In this document: positions 27,051 through 37,238 of the stretch, piece after piece
How the letters are laid out: each line of letters begins with the position of its first letter
How positions within the stretch are numbered: position 1 is the stretch's first letter
IMG/VR virus record: IMGVR_UViG_3300040816_000831
Strand: one strand, 5' to 3'
Length of the DNA stretch: 64,000 nt
From: a virus
Position numbers and translations under genes: made by a program
The notes under the pieces: model-generated
Seen by the model: only the letters and a program-made list of their open reading frames with translations
Databases searched by the model: none
Told to the model about the DNA's origin: nothing

Positions 27051-27485
27051 TTAATTTTTTTCTCCATTATTAGAGTTCCCTATGTTATACTTAGGGCATA
27101 GTTCCCATTGAGTTTTTTCCTTAAAAGGAATCACCTTAATTTGTCTCAATGGTGCTAAATCTTTAGAAGATTCAGGCTTCATAATAGTTACTAAACCCCA
27201 GTCGGCTAGTAATGTTGCAATTGTATTTCTACGTTGTACATCATTCTCAAGTAAACTAGATGGTTTTCCATCTAGTAAAAATAGTTCTTTAAAGTGAACT
27301 ATAAAATATCTACCTTGCTTATGTAATATATGGCAAGATTGAAAAAGCTTCTGGTCTTTCCTAGAAGCTACACCTATACGTGTTAATGTTTCACGTATCT
27401 TTAAAAAGTCGTCTGGTTCGTTTAGAGAGACTTCTAACATAGAGTTAGGAGTCCAATCTGTAATTTGTATGTTATTGTTTTCCAC
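27051..27485 (-). CDS. regA: Translational repressor
   Basis: DFLKIRETLTRIG, QSCHILHKQGRYFIVHFKELF. Confidence 0.97.
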   Translation of the reverse strand: MENNNIQITDWTPNSMLEVSLNEPDDFLKIRETLTRIGVASRKDQKLFQSCHILHKQGRYFIVHFKELFLLDGKPSSLLENDVQRRNTIATLLADWGLVTIMKPESSKDLAPLRQIKVIPFKEKTQWELCPKYNIGNSNNGEKN

Positions 27486-27849
27486 CTTTATAAATCCTTT
27501 GTTTCAATTGTTCAATATTTTCATTACTCATTAATGATAATGCAGATTTAGCCTTTTCGTCACTATACCCATAATTTTCTTTGATGAGTTCTAGATGGTC
27601 AATATCACTGGCCTTAATCCACTTAGACCATCTTTTCTTCTTTCTAATTATATTTATAAGAAAATCGAACTGAACGCGATGGTCTAGGTGATGATGTTTA
27701 TTCATTTCATTAGCATACAATACAGTGTCTTTAAAGAAAGAAAGACCACGATTTATAATGAAAGGATTGTATTCTTTCTCAGCAATGTCATCAACCATGA
27801 TATCTTTCTTGGTTTCATTAATTGCTTTTAAGTAATCGAATGGACTCAT
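27472..27849 (-). CDS. gp62: Clamp loader small subunit
   Basis: PFDYL, YNPFIINRGLS, ANEMN, YGYS..KA. Confidence 0.93.
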   Translation of the reverse strand: MSPFDYLKAINETKKDIMVDDIAEKEYNPFIINRGLSFFKDTVLYANEMNKHHHLDHRVQFDFLINIIRKKKRWSKWIKASDIDHLELIKENYGYSDEKAKSALSLMSNENIEQLKQRIYKGGKQ

Positions 27850-28046
27850 TGTTTATCTATGAACGTTTGAGCGTCTGATTTTTTGGTGAATGTTCTTTCA
27901 GAAATAATAACATTTGCAGAATTGAATTGAACTGCTCTATACTGTTCTTTTTGACTTTCAAAATGAACGGTTACTATATCCCATCTATTAGTCGTTTCTT
28001 GTTCTACGATTTCGCCACCAAATGGCAAGTTTACGAATTTTTTCAT
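27846..28046 (-). CDS. Hypothetical protein inserted between gp44 and gp62
   Basis: ATGA overlaps on both sides. Confidence 0.6.
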   Translation of the reverse strand: MKKFVNLPFGGEIVEQETTNRWDIVTVHFESQKEQYRAVQFNSANVIISERTFTKKSDAQTFIDKQ

Positions 28047-28978
28047 TTGAATTTTACTCCTGCCATTACTTCAGTTAAACATGCAACCATATTCAATTCA
28101 TGGTCTGCAACAAAACTGTTTTTATATTGATAATCAGCCAGAATAAGTACCAATTGCGGTATTGATTGAGGCTCTACGTATTCATTCATGTTATCGTATA
28201 CTTTACGAAACATTGATGCTGGTTCTATATCGATATTATCAGCAACCCATTGTCTCATTTTACGAAAGTCTTTTATTTTAAGAGCATTCATAAGAGTATC
28301 AAGAGCAATATCATTAGCATTGACTAATATACCACTATCGATTTTACCAAAGTTTGAATATCTTTGTAGTTCATTAAGTGTTCTTCTGAAATCTGGAAAG
28401 TATTTCATAATCAGTTCAGCAATAACAGCTGGTTCTGAATTTATACTTTCGACTGATAGTATCTGTTGAACTCTTTGCATAAACTGACCAGCAAGAGCTT
28501 CTTTCTCTTTCTTTGGCATCGCAAATTCGATAACACTGGTTCTTGAATGTAGTGGCTCGATTATACGATTCTTGAAATTACAAGTAAGTATAAACCTACA
28601 GTTAGATGAAAACTCTTCGATAAATCCACGCAAAGCTGGTTGAGTGGATTGTGGATTAAGGTAATCCGCTTCGTCCAAGATGACGACTTTGAGGCCGCCT
28701 GATAAGGAAACGGACGAAGCGAATTGTTTGATTTTGTTTCTTAGAGTATCAATACCTGATTCTTCTGAACCATTAATGATTATATAGTCTAAGTCAAGCT
28801 CGTTGCAAAGTGCTCTAGCAACTGTGGTCTTTCCTGTACCAGCAGTACCAGTGAACATCATATTCTGAAGTTCGCCTTTGTCTAAAACATTTTGGAATAT
28901 CTTTTTAAGGTCTAGTGATAATACACATTCCTCTACTTTTCTTGGGCGGTACTTTTCCACCCATAGGAACTCTTCCAT
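28043..28978 (-). CDS. gp44: Clamp loader large subunit (start revised to MEEFLW)
   Basis: WVEKYRP, GTAGTGKT, LDEAD, SR. Confidence 0.97.
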   Translation of the reverse strand: MEEFLWVEKYRPRKVEECVLSLDLKKIFQNVLDKGELQNMMFTGTAGTGKTTVARALCNELDLDYIIINGSEESGIDTLRNKIKQFASSVSLSGGLKVVILDEADYLNPQSTQPALRGFIEEFSSNCRFILTCNFKNRIIEPLHSRTSVIEFAMPKKEKEALAGQFMQRVQQILSVESINSEPAVIAELIMKYFPDFRRTLNELQRYSNFGKIDSGILVNANDIALDTLMNALKIKDFRKMRQWVADNIDIEPASMFRKVYDNMNEYVEPQSIPQLVLILADYQYKNSFVADHELNMVACLTEVMAGVKFK

Positions 28979-29235
28979 TATAGTACCTCCCAACCTTCTA
29001 CGGTATCTAACCTAAAAGACCTCCATGCATTTTTATCCAATGACCATACTGGAAATGCTTCCATTCCTGTCGCTGAATAATCTATTGATATTGTTACACC
29101 AGCCTCTTTTAGAGTTTCTGGTTTTAGAGTACACGGCATTATTCTTAGTTCGCCTGTATCTATTTTTTTGAATGTGACTGTGACTTGCCCTTTTTGTAAA
29201 GCCTCGAGCAATTTGGCTTTTTCATTGTTGTTCAT
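28978..29235 (-). CDS. WYL_2/Sm-like SH3 domain protein (start revised to MNNNEK)
   Basis: VTFKK..GELR.M.CTL...WRSFR. Confidence 0.75.
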   Translation of the reverse strand: MNNNEKAKLLEALQKGQVTVTFKKIDTGELRIMPCTLKPETLKEAGVTISIDYSATGMEAFPVWSLDKNAWRSFRLDTVEGWEVL

Positions 29236-29281
29236 AATATATCCTATAATAAAATTTGAGGGGACTTTCACCCCTCCCGTA

Positions 29282-29539
29282 TTAACCTTCGACTGATTCT
29301 TCATCAGCAACTTCTTCCACCGGTACTTGACCTTCTGGTGTTTCGTTGCCTTTGGAGGCCGCGTTTAGAAACTTAACTGTTCTGTTTCTTAAACCACCAA
29401 CTGCTTCAAGCTCAGGGCCTTCAAATCCACCTCTTTTAGAACAAATATCAATTATTTGTACCATTGTAGCGATGTCCTGTAGACTTAACTGGACGCTTTC
29501 TGCAGCTTCAGTTTCAACGTTATTCACTTCTTCTGACAT
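29282..29539 (-). CDS. Conserved acidic hypothetical protein (late)
   Basis: LSLQDI..IIDICSKRGGF.G.EL; AGGAG RBS; late promoter at 29610-29617. Confidence 0.7.
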   Translation of the reverse strand: MSEEVNNVETEAAESVQLSLQDIATMVQIIDICSKRGGFEGPELEAVGGLRNRTVKFLNAASKGNETPEGQVPVEEVADEESVEG

Positions 29540-29612
29540 AATTTTCTCCTATGCATAGTTACGAAAATAAGAAGACCTGCCCCATGCAGCATCTTCCATT
29601 CCTACAATATAT

Positions 29613-30284
29613 TTATACATCGTAGCTTGAGTTTTTCTCAAGAGCGATAAAGTAATCCACTGGGTAGTTACTATTAGTCCAGTTAGAGATAAGCTTTGAG
29701 CTAATGCTTACAAAGTAATCTCCTGGTAGTAACTTCAAGTTGGGTATACTTACCACGAAGTTAAACTCATTTTTACATGAGTTGTCTTTATCTAGTTCAA
29801 TCTCAAATAAGTTTGAAGTCGAGTCTCTTGTATCGAGTACAGAGGCTGTAATAACTCCAGAATTACCTGTGATTGCTAGTTCAGTATGACCAAGAACAGC
29901 AGCAGCTTTACGAATCTGATTTAGTTTATCTTCTTCGATATTAACTCCAACTTCTGGTTCTGGCATCTGAATATCTTTTTGAGGAGTGGTTAGGATATCG
30001 CTTTCAGAAAAGAAATATCTTATCTTTTGTCCACTACCTTGTACCAATACTGCTTTATCTTCAAACTCTAATGTAGGATTATCGATAAGACTTAAGACTG
30101 ATAAGAATTCGTTTAAGTCATAGACTCCGAATTCTTTAGGAAAGTCTTCCACTATTTCAGCAGAAGCTAGAATAGTTTTGGACTCTGAAATAGTCTTCAG
30201 TTTTTGTCCTGGTTTGAAAACAATATTTGGATTTATTGTTGCGAAGTTTTTTAACACATTCAAGGTGTCTGTTGATAAGTTCAT
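29613..30284 (-). CDS. gp45: Sliding clamp
   Basis: LKNFATIN, FGVYDLNEFL, YFIALE. Confidence 0.96.
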   Translation of the reverse strand: MNLSTDTLNVLKNFATINPNIVFKPGQKLKTISESKTILASAEIVEDFPKEFGVYDLNEFLSVLSLIDNPTLEFEDKAVLVQGSGQKIRYFFSESDILTTPQKDIQMPEPEVGVNIEEDKLNQIRKAAAVLGHTELAITGNSGVITASVLDTRDSTSNLFEIELDKDNSCKNEFNFVVSIPNLKLLPGDYFVSISSKLISNWTNSNYPVDYFIALEKNSSYDV

Positions 30285-30304
30285 ATTTTCTCCATTATAT
30301 AACT

Positions 30305-30333
30305 ATTATACCATACTTTCATTGTAATGTAAA
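30305..30333 (-). promoter_or_regulatory. Early promoter (gp45)
   Basis: TTTACA-N17-TATAAT. Confidence 0.8.
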
Positions 30334-30336
30334 CGA

Positions 30337-30618
30337 TTAGTTTTCATTTTTATCATGGCAATCCAGAGCGATTATAGCATAGTGCAAAATCTTGAGAAGG
30401 TCAGCTCTGTTATGTCCTTCTTTTTTACCATACCTTTGAGCGTACTTAAGTACGTTTCCTAAAGAAAAACCCATACCATGTCCACAATCAATAATGAATT
30501 CAGTTGATTGAAACTGATTCTTTGAATAGTGGCCGGCATAAGTTTTGTCTATATAACTCTTGAGCTCTTCAACAAGAGCTCCTTCGTTAAATTTGTAATC
30601 TATTTGATTAGACTTCAT
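30337..30618 (-). CDS. DUF3310-like protein (start revised)
   Basis: HYS...GFSLGNVLKYAQRYGKK...DLLKILHY. Confidence 0.8.
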   Translation of the reverse strand: MKSNQIDYKFNEGALVEELKSYIDKTYAGHYSKNQFQSTEFIIDCGHGMGFSLGNVLKYAQRYGKKEGHNRADLLKILHYAIIALDCHDKNEN

Positions 30619-31759
30619 AAGTTTCTTCAGCATTAATGTCTCCTGTCTCTTCGACAATTTCATCAGCATCTACTTTGCTGTATAAGTCAAGGAAAGCTTC
30701 TTTTGTATCAGAATCGAACCTTGAAATACATAAGTCAATTGCTTTGTCTCTTTTCTCAAAGATGGAGAACGTTTGAACAATGTGACATAGTCTTCTTGTT
30801 GAAATTAATTCATCGACACCATCATCATAAAAAGTCTTTCTGATAATATCAGCCCAAAGGACTAGCTTTTCAGCAAAGTCGATATCCATACAATTGAATT
30901 TCTCCATGTGTTTGAATACAATCTTTTTCTCTACATTAAGAGATGGGAACTGTTGGTCAACTGATATTGTAAACCTTTCAAGGAAAGCATCATCGATGAT
31001 TGAAGCTGCTGTGAACCTACCATCTTCTGAACCTTTACCTTTAGTATTAGCTGTTGCGATTACATTGAAACCTTCAGCAGGCTCTACGATTTCGCCAGTC
31101 TTTTTAACAAGTACTGGTTTACCTTCAAGGATTCCTTGTAAGCACATAATTTTGTTTGTTGCTCTATCGATCTCGTCAAGTAAGAGTATAGCTCCATTTT
31201 CCATTGCTTTAAGAACTGGACCTTTAGAGAAAACTGTTTCTCCATCGATAAGTCTAAAGCCACCAAGTAAATCATCTTCATCTGTTTCAGGATTGATTTG
31301 AACTCTGATAAACTCTTTGCCTACTTTAGCGCAAGCTTGTTCTACCATGAATGTTTTACCATTGCCTGATAGACCAGAGATATATGTTGGGTAGAACATA
31401 TTCGACTTAACAATTTTTACGATGTCAGTAAATGCTCCCCAAGGTACGAATGAGTTATCTGTTTTAGCGAAGGTTTTTTCTTCGTTAACAATTGACTGCA
31501 TTTGAGCTGCAGCTTGTGGCATTTGAACCACTGTGTTTGAAACCATTGTTTCTCTTAATGGTTCAATAAGACCGGCTAAGTCATAAGTACCAATTTTGAC
31601 TCTGTTATTTTTAGTCATCATTGGGTCCCAATCTTTACCGGTGTAGCCGAAAGATTTTCCAATCTCGACTATGATATTTTTTCTAAACTGAGTTGTATCA
31701 GGATATCTGGTAGCAAGCTCTTTTAGAATAATTTCGCTGGATTTTTTCAAGTTTTTCAT
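30608..31759 (-). CDS. MoxR-type AAA+ ATPase (phage CobS-like)
   Basis: GLSGNGKT, LLDEID, ATANTKG, FLERF, STRR. Confidence 0.9.
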   Translation of the reverse strand: MKNLKKSSEIILKELATRYPDTTQFRKNIIVEIGKSFGYTGKDWDPMMTKNNRVKIGTYDLAGLIEPLRETMVSNTVVQMPQAAAQMQSIVNEEKTFAKTDNSFVPWGAFTDIVKIVKSNMFYPTYISGLSGNGKTFMVEQACAKVGKEFIRVQINPETDEDDLLGGFRLIDGETVFSKGPVLKAMENGAILLLDEIDRATNKIMCLQGILEGKPVLVKKTGEIVEPAEGFNVIATANTKGKGSEDGRFTAASIIDDAFLERFTISVDQQFPSLNVEKKIVFKHMEKFNCMDIDFAEKLVLWADIIRKTFYDDGVDELISTRRLCHIVQTFSIFEKRDKAIDLCISRFDSDTKEAFLDLYSKVDADEIVEETGDINAEETYEV

Positions 31760-31792
31760 AATATTGTTTCCTTATCAATTTGTTATATGTAT

Positions 31793-31821
31793 ATTATACC
31801 ATAGTTCTTTGTAAATGTAAA
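31793..31821 (-). promoter_or_regulatory. Early promoter
   Basis: TTTACA-N17-TATAAT with A-rich upstream element. Confidence 0.8.
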
Positions 31822-31867
31822 GGTTTATTTTCACTTTTAGGTGAAATAATTAGCAGAATAGTGTTGT

Positions 31868-34075
31868 TCATTCTGCGACAGCTCTACCAAAGTTGGTTAA
31901 TAATGTTTTATTAAGTTTTTTAGACTTACTGTATTTTTTAAATGCTGATGTTAATTGCCCTTTAGTTGCAGTTGTATCAGGTGTAAAATCGTTTGCATCA
32001 GTGTTTAATGCATTCTTCCATGACTTAACAATATAAAGTTCATTGTATCCAAGCTTGTCTTTAAACGTAACACATTTGTTTTTTGAATACTCTCTGTTAT
32101 ATTGTTTCATGCCATCTCCCCACATGTCAGCTGCAGTATCGCAATCTGAAATTTTGTATTTAAAATTGTGGCTATTATCAGCAAGAAAGAATCCTATTGT
32201 TGTAAGACCAAATCGCTTTTGTAAATTCTCTAAAAGTCCAAGAGTAGCTTTTTTTCTAGTATCTTTTAGTTGAACGTTTTTGCCCATTATGTTTATAACA
32301 GCACCGCCCCATCTACTATCGTATTTAGTTCTTTTTACTTCTAATTCATAATCTTTAGCAACTCTTAAGCCATTTGCATCACCATCAGATATCACGACAA
32401 GGTTCATATTGTCAATATTGTTATCCCTTTTGAAACTATCAATCATCTTATGGCTGTGTATTAGAGCTTCATTTAGAGGGGTAGAACCATAATCTTCGTT
32501 TTTACTCATAACACATCTTTCTCTATGAGTATAATTATCTTGGCAAAGTTCTTTTCTTATGTATAAGAATTCTAATGCTTCTTCATAGTCTTTCTTTTTA
32601 AGAGTTGAAGCAATAAGCTGAGGAAGAGATATTCCACAATGGTCAATTTCTGAATCCATTGGGTTAAGCTTTCTATCAGCATTCCAACCGCCACCAAGCT
32701 GTACATTTTGATTAGTAAATCCATAAACATCGAATGGTATGTTAACTGTTTTACAGAAAACAACTAGATGAATAAGTTGCTCTAAAACATCTCCCATAAT
32801 ATCATTCATAGAACCTGAAAAATCGATTAGCATAAACATACCATGATTTTTAGCATCAGCTAATCTAGTAACTCGAGCAAATATATCTTCATTAGTTTTA
32901 TAAGACCATAATCTATTAACGTCTATAGAACCTGTTTTCGCTGTTTGAGCTCTTGAGTATCTGTAACCAGCTTTTCTCATTTCAAATTCTTTAACTGCAA
33001 AGTTGACATTCTTTTTAACACCTTTAATATATTGTTTGAAATTATCTCTAATTTCGTCATAAGTTAAAGCTTCAGCTTCGTAATAATTATTGACATTAAC
33101 AGTATTTAACCAGTCAATGTTTTCAGCAATTTTTTCTTTTCTTTCCTTTGCTAATTGTTTGTATGGTGTAACAATCTTGTCAGCAATTTCTTTTCTAAAT
33201 TCATTACCAATTAAAATTTGCTCACCATTTTCGTCAACATCTAAAAGAGTGTGTTCTTTTCTTCTGAATGTTTCATCAGTTTCAGATACATCTTCTTCAA
33301 CATTTCCTTTACTTTCAGCTTCTGTGTTTTCTTCAACTTCTTTATCTTCAGTTAGTTGTTTTGAATCATCGCCTCTTTGTTTCGATTCTGCTTGAGCTTC
33401 CTCTTCTTCTGATTTTTCCATATCGTCATGGCCCATTTGAGGTTGTTGCTCTTGTTTTTCTTCTTCACCTTCTTCTGGTAAATCAGCAACTTCAGGCTCA
33501 GGTGGATTTAATAACTCTTCTTGGTTATCTTTAGTATATTGCAATATATCTCTTACTAGGTTAGTGACGTCTTCAAAGGTCACTGTTTGCATAGCTCTAT
33601 CCATATATACTTGTTCTTCATCAGTGAATGGTACATCAAGTAGATTTCCTACTTTAGCGTGCAAATTGATTTTATCAATCAACTTTACTTTATCCCAATT
33701 AAGAGAAGCGGTGTCTCCAAAGAAACCATCATCAAACAATTGCTTATATCCTCTTGACATAGGACCAACTAAACCAACGTATGCTTCTTTTATATGTCTT
33801 TCGATACGAGCATCTTCAACAACATTAATATACGAACGAGGACAGCCTTCTAGCTTTTCAGGACTATCATGCCAACCTTCGAAAGGTGTAAAGAGTGCAT
33901 GTCCTACTTCGTGTCCAATTAATAAATCAGATACGTCTTTACCCATATCTTTCCACATAGGTAATCCAAGTGTTCTATTTTTAATATCGAACCAAGCTGT
34001 TTGATAATTACCATATTGCACAGTAATATTTTCTCTAGCCATTAGTTTCGCGAGGGTGCTTTTGTGTTTAATCAT
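31868..34075 (-). CDS. Metallopeptidase-like + VWA domain protein (CobT-like partner of the MoxR ATPase)
   Basis: HEVGH, NVVED.RIE, acidic linker, MIDAS DFSGSM, TP, SDG. Confidence 0.85.
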   Translation of the reverse strand: MIKHKSTLAKLMARENITVQYGNYQTAWFDIKNRTLGLPMWKDMGKDVSDLLIGHEVGHALFTPFEGWHDSPEKLEGCPRSYINVVEDARIERHIKEAYVGLVGPMSRGYKQLFDDGFFGDTASLNWDKVKLIDKINLHAKVGNLLDVPFTDEEQVYMDRAMQTVTFEDVTNLVRDILQYTKDNQEELLNPPEPEVADLPEEGEEEKQEQQPQMGHDDMEKSEEEEAQAESKQRGDDSKQLTEDKEVEENTEAESKGNVEEDVSETDETFRRKEHTLLDVDENGEQILIGNEFRKEIADKIVTPYKQLAKERKEKIAENIDWLNTVNVNNYYEAEALTYDEIRDNFKQYIKGVKKNVNFAVKEFEMRKAGYRYSRAQTAKTGSIDVNRLWSYKTNEDIFARVTRLADAKNHGMFMLIDFSGSMNDIMGDVLEQLIHLVVFCKTVNIPFDVYGFTNQNVQLGGGWNADRKLNPMDSEIDHCGISLPQLIASTLKKKDYEEALEFLYIRKELCQDNYTHRERCVMSKNEDYGSTPLNEALIHSHKMIDSFKRDNNIDNMNLVVISDGDANGLRVAKDYELEVKRTKYDSRWGGAVINIMGKNVQLKDTRKKATLGLLENLQKRFGLTTIGFFLADNSHNFKYKISDCDTAADMWGDGMKQYNREYSKNKCVTFKDKLGYNELYIVKSWKNALNTDANDFTPDTTATKGQLTSAFKKYSKSKKLNKTLLTNFGRAVAE

Positions 34076-34102
34076 AGGTTTCCTTATCCTGAATATATGT
34101 AT

Positions 34103-34131
34103 ATTATACCATAGTTCAGCGCAAATGTAAA
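34103..34131 (-). promoter_or_regulatory. Early promoter
   Basis: TTTACA-N17-TATAAT. Confidence 0.8.
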
Positions 34132-34188
34132 CGATTTTTTTGAAAATAATTTTTAAAAGGTGATAAGAGTGCTAATTATTTTCACATG

Positions 34189-34264
34189 TGGTGGAGCTAG
34201 AGGGAATCGAACCCACGACCTCCTGGTTGCAAACCAGGCGCTCTCCCAACTGAGCTATAGCCCC
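34189..34264 (-). tRNA. tRNA-Ala(UGC) with encoded CCA
   Basis: GGGGCTA acceptor stem with G3:U70, anticodon arm CCTGG-TTTGCAA-CCAGG, GTTCGA T-loop. Confidence 0.95.
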
Positions 34265-35980
34265 TCACTTGATTTTTGAGAAATTTCTTTCTTTAAAGAA
34301 CTCTATTTTACTTCTAAATTTGTTTTCGAGTACATCGCCTTTGTGAGATATAATAAACACATTGCTTCCATCATCAAGAGTATCGAGTATCTTTGTAAGA
34401 TTATCAACACCATCTAAATCTAAACTTGAATCAAACGTTTCATCCAATATCAGTAGATTTGATGCAGCACTATTTTTCATTTTAGCAATTTGTCTCCATG
34501 TAAAGAGAAGAGCTAAATCGATTCTTTGTTTCTCTCCTTCACTGAATGAAGCATAATTAAATGAATCACGATGCCTTGACCTAATTGTTTCATTAAAGTT
34601 TTCATCTAAATGGAACGATACAAAGAAGTCAAGTATCTGTAAATACTGATTAATCAACCTGTTCATCACTGGTAAATATTGCTTAATAACTTTAGTCTTG
34701 ATACCAGTGTCTTTTAGCATTTCACCAATAACTTCATTATAGGTTCTTTCTTCTACATACTCTAATTTCTTTTCAGTCGACTTATCTTTATTCTTTCTTA
34801 AATCAGTTAAATCTTTTTTAGCTTTCGAAACATCTCCAGTTTGACCTTGAAGATTGTCGATTTCTTTTTGGACTTTGTTAACTTCTTTTTGAAGAAGAGC
34901 TATAGCATCATTATTACTATTAATCTTCTGTTGTCTTTGGCGAAGAGCATTAAGACTATTTGATACTTCTTGTTGTTCTGATTTTAGTTCAGCAATACTT
35001 TTTGATAAGTCACCTTTTGCTGTTTGTATTTCCTTTGCCTTAAGTTTAACTGATTCAATCTTTTCTGTTTTAAGTTGTTCATCTATAGCTTGGTCGCATG
35101 TTGGACAGTTATCATTGTCTTCATAGAATCTACTTTCATCTACTAATCCTTTTATCTTATCATTAAATGACATGTCATAAGAATCTAGTTGAGACATTTT
35201 CTTTACGATTTCTGTACTATGTTTTTCTTCTGTTGATATAGCAACTGTAAGATTCTTTCCAAGCTCTTTACTTTCATCAAACAATTTGTTAATATCTTCT
35301 TTATGAGTATTAATCGATTCTCTTTTGTTTTGAATTTGGTCGTCGTTTAGTTCTTGTAAATCTTTGATATACTTACTTTGTGAATCCATCTTAGTCTTGA
35401 AAATATCTATTTGATGGTTAATATCAGTAAGTTCTTCTTTTATCTTAGAGTTTCTTTCCTTTAATAGCATATTCATCTTAGAAAAGATGTTGATATCTAG
35501 TAGGTCTTCAATAATATTTCTTCGAGACCAAACTGGTAATTGCATAAATGGTATAAAGGAAGATGAACCAAGTACAACTACCTGGTGAAATGATTTATGA
35601 TTTAGCTTTAGGATATTTTGTTCTAAGAACTTTTGATAATCTCTTGCATTTGAAGCCTGGTTTATAAGATTACCATTTTGATATATTTCGAACTTCCCTG
35701 GTTTTATACCTCTTACAATCTTAAAGTCATGACTTCCTATTGTCATTTCAACTGTAACGATAGTACCTTTTTTATTGATACTATTAATCATTTGGTCTTT
35801 CTTTATATCTCTATGAGGTTTACCAAATAAGCCAAACGATAAAGCATCTAATAAAGTAGATTTGCCTGCGCCATTTTGGCCAATGATTAATGTTGATGGT
35901 GTTCTATCTAATTGTATTTTTATTGGGTCACTTCCAGTGGATAGAAAATTCTTCCACTCACATGATTTAAAATGTATCAT
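34265..35980 (-). CDS. gp46: Recombination endonuclease ATPase subunit (Rad50-like)
   Basis: GQNGAGKS, CPTC zinc hook, FSEGE, LDE, ISH. Confidence 0.97.
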   Translation of the reverse strand: MIHFKSCEWKNFLSTGSDPIKIQLDRTPSTLIIGQNGAGKSTLLDALSFGLFGKPHRDIKKDQMINSINKKGTIVTVEMTIGSHDFKIVRGIKPGKFEIYQNGNLINQASNARDYQKFLEQNILKLNHKSFHQVVVLGSSSFIPFMQLPVWSRRNIIEDLLDINIFSKMNMLLKERNSKIKEELTDINHQIDIFKTKMDSQSKYIKDLQELNDDQIQNKRESINTHKEDINKLFDESKELGKNLTVAISTEEKHSTEIVKKMSQLDSYDMSFNDKIKGLVDESRFYEDNDNCPTCDQAIDEQLKTEKIESVKLKAKEIQTAKGDLSKSIAELKSEQQEVSNSLNALRQRQQKINSNNDAIALLQKEVNKVQKEIDNLQGQTGDVSKAKKDLTDLRKNKDKSTEKKLEYVEERTYNEVIGEMLKDTGIKTKVIKQYLPVMNRLINQYLQILDFFVSFHLDENFNETIRSRHRDSFNYASFSEGEKQRIDLALLFTWRQIAKMKNSAASNLLILDETFDSSLDLDGVDNLTKILDTLDDGSNVFIISHKGDVLENKFRSKIEFFKERNFSKIK

Positions 35981-37038
35981 ACTACCTCGAGGTTTTGTGC
36001 TTCTGTATATAGCTTTCTTAATTCAACTTTGATATGTTCTTTATCTAAGTCGGTATCTACAGCTTCAACATAAGAATCTAGAAGTTCATTTGTATCTTCA
36101 AGGGATATTTTCTCGTCTTGTACGCTTTCTCCCAGATACTCTTCAAAAGATTCAGCAATCTTTAATTCATATGTTTCAATGTTTTGTAATCTATCAACAA
36201 ACTTATCAAACATATACAAGTCATTTTTATTTATAACAATCAGCTTAATAAAATGTTTCTCAAACTGACTGACATCTATTTTGTCATAATCAGTTTTTAA
36301 GTCATCGTATATAACCTTTTTGAATATGGTTATTGGATTTCTTACAGCTTCGATTTCTCTTGTTTCAGTATCAAGGACATGAAAGTACTTAGGGTCATCT
36401 ACGTCAGCCCAGGTAAATTCCATTTGAGAACCAAGATAAGTCACATTTCCCTGGCTTGATTTAGTATGGAAATGACCTGATAAAACCATTTCAAATCTTG
36501 AAAATACATCAGCACTCATTCCATGTGGATTAGGCATCCCTGCCATCATGTCGAATCCTTTCAATTCCAAATGAGCTCCTAATATTGGAGCTTTGCATTG
36601 CATAGCCCATTTAGTATATTCTTGATAGTTTGCGTTATTAATCCAAGGTATAACTGCAACTCCAAGTCCATCATAATCTAATACAGTTGGCTTCATTACA
36701 ATATTGACATTAGAAGTAAAATAACCTAAGAGTTCTTTAAGTGAACATAACTCATTAGTATTCTTAAAATAAACATCATGATTACCAGGAATGATATCCA
36801 TAGTAATTCCAGCATCACGTAAAGGTTCTAGAAAATGTTTACGATTTTGATTAAGAGCTTTAAAGTTGACAAACTTACGATGTTCATAATAGTCTCCTAA
36901 GTGTAATATGTTCTTAATGTTATGTTCTTTTAGATAAGGAAAAAATACCTCTTCATAAAAGCGTTCTTGATATTGTAAAAAAATATCACTGCTATTCCTA
37001 ACACCACAATGAGTGTCATTCAATATTGCTACTTTCAT
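35977..37038 (-). CDS. gp47: Recombination endonuclease nuclease subunit (Mre11-like)
   Basis: DTH, LGD, GNHD, SGHFH. Confidence 0.96.
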   Translation of the reverse strand: MKVAILNDTHCGVRNSSDIFLQYQERFYEEVFFPYLKEHNIKNILHLGDYYEHRKFVNFKALNQNRKHFLEPLRDAGITMDIIPGNHDVYFKNTNELCSLKELLGYFTSNVNIVMKPTVLDYDGLGVAVIPWINNANYQEYTKWAMQCKAPILGAHLELKGFDMMAGMPNPHGMSADVFSRFEMVLSGHFHTKSSQGNVTYLGSQMEFTWADVDDPKYFHVLDTETREIEAVRNPITIFKKVIYDDLKTDYDKIDVSQFEKHFIKLIVINKNDLYMFDKFVDRLQNIETYELKIAESFEEYLGESVQDEKISLEDTNELLDSYVEAVDTDLDKEHIKVELRKLYTEAQNLEVV

Positions 37039-37238
37039 GTTGCTCTAGATGCTGCCACTTGTTTTGCGAGCTTACTCATTTTTCTTTGAGCTCTTGCAAT
37101 TCTTTTGTGTGACTGTTTGATTAATAGCATTTGAGCCATTACGTTATCTCTTCGTTCTTTTCTAAGAGCAGTTTTTCTAATTCTTTTTTTCATAACACGA
37201 ATGTGTCTTTGATTTTGTTGTGTACTTACTTTTTTCAT
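37035..37238 (-). CDS. Small, highly basic hypothetical protein
   Basis: Overlap-coupled to gp55 and gp47; K/R rich. Confidence 0.55.
   Translation of the reverse strand: MKKVSTQQNQRHIRVMKKRIRKTALRKERRDNVMAQMLLIKQSHKRIARAQRKMSKLAKQVAASRAT

Noticed and set aside
31829-31846. TTTCAC-N6-GTGAAA palindrome as a CRP site (also near 37886)
   Set aside because: Half-sites are inverted relative to the CRP consensus and overlap the promoter upstream element; spacing is not kept at other promoters
30608-34075. Cobalamin biosynthesis (cobS/cobT) auxiliary metabolic genes
   Set aside because: No cobN or other cobalamin genes; better read as a generic MoxR/VWA pair
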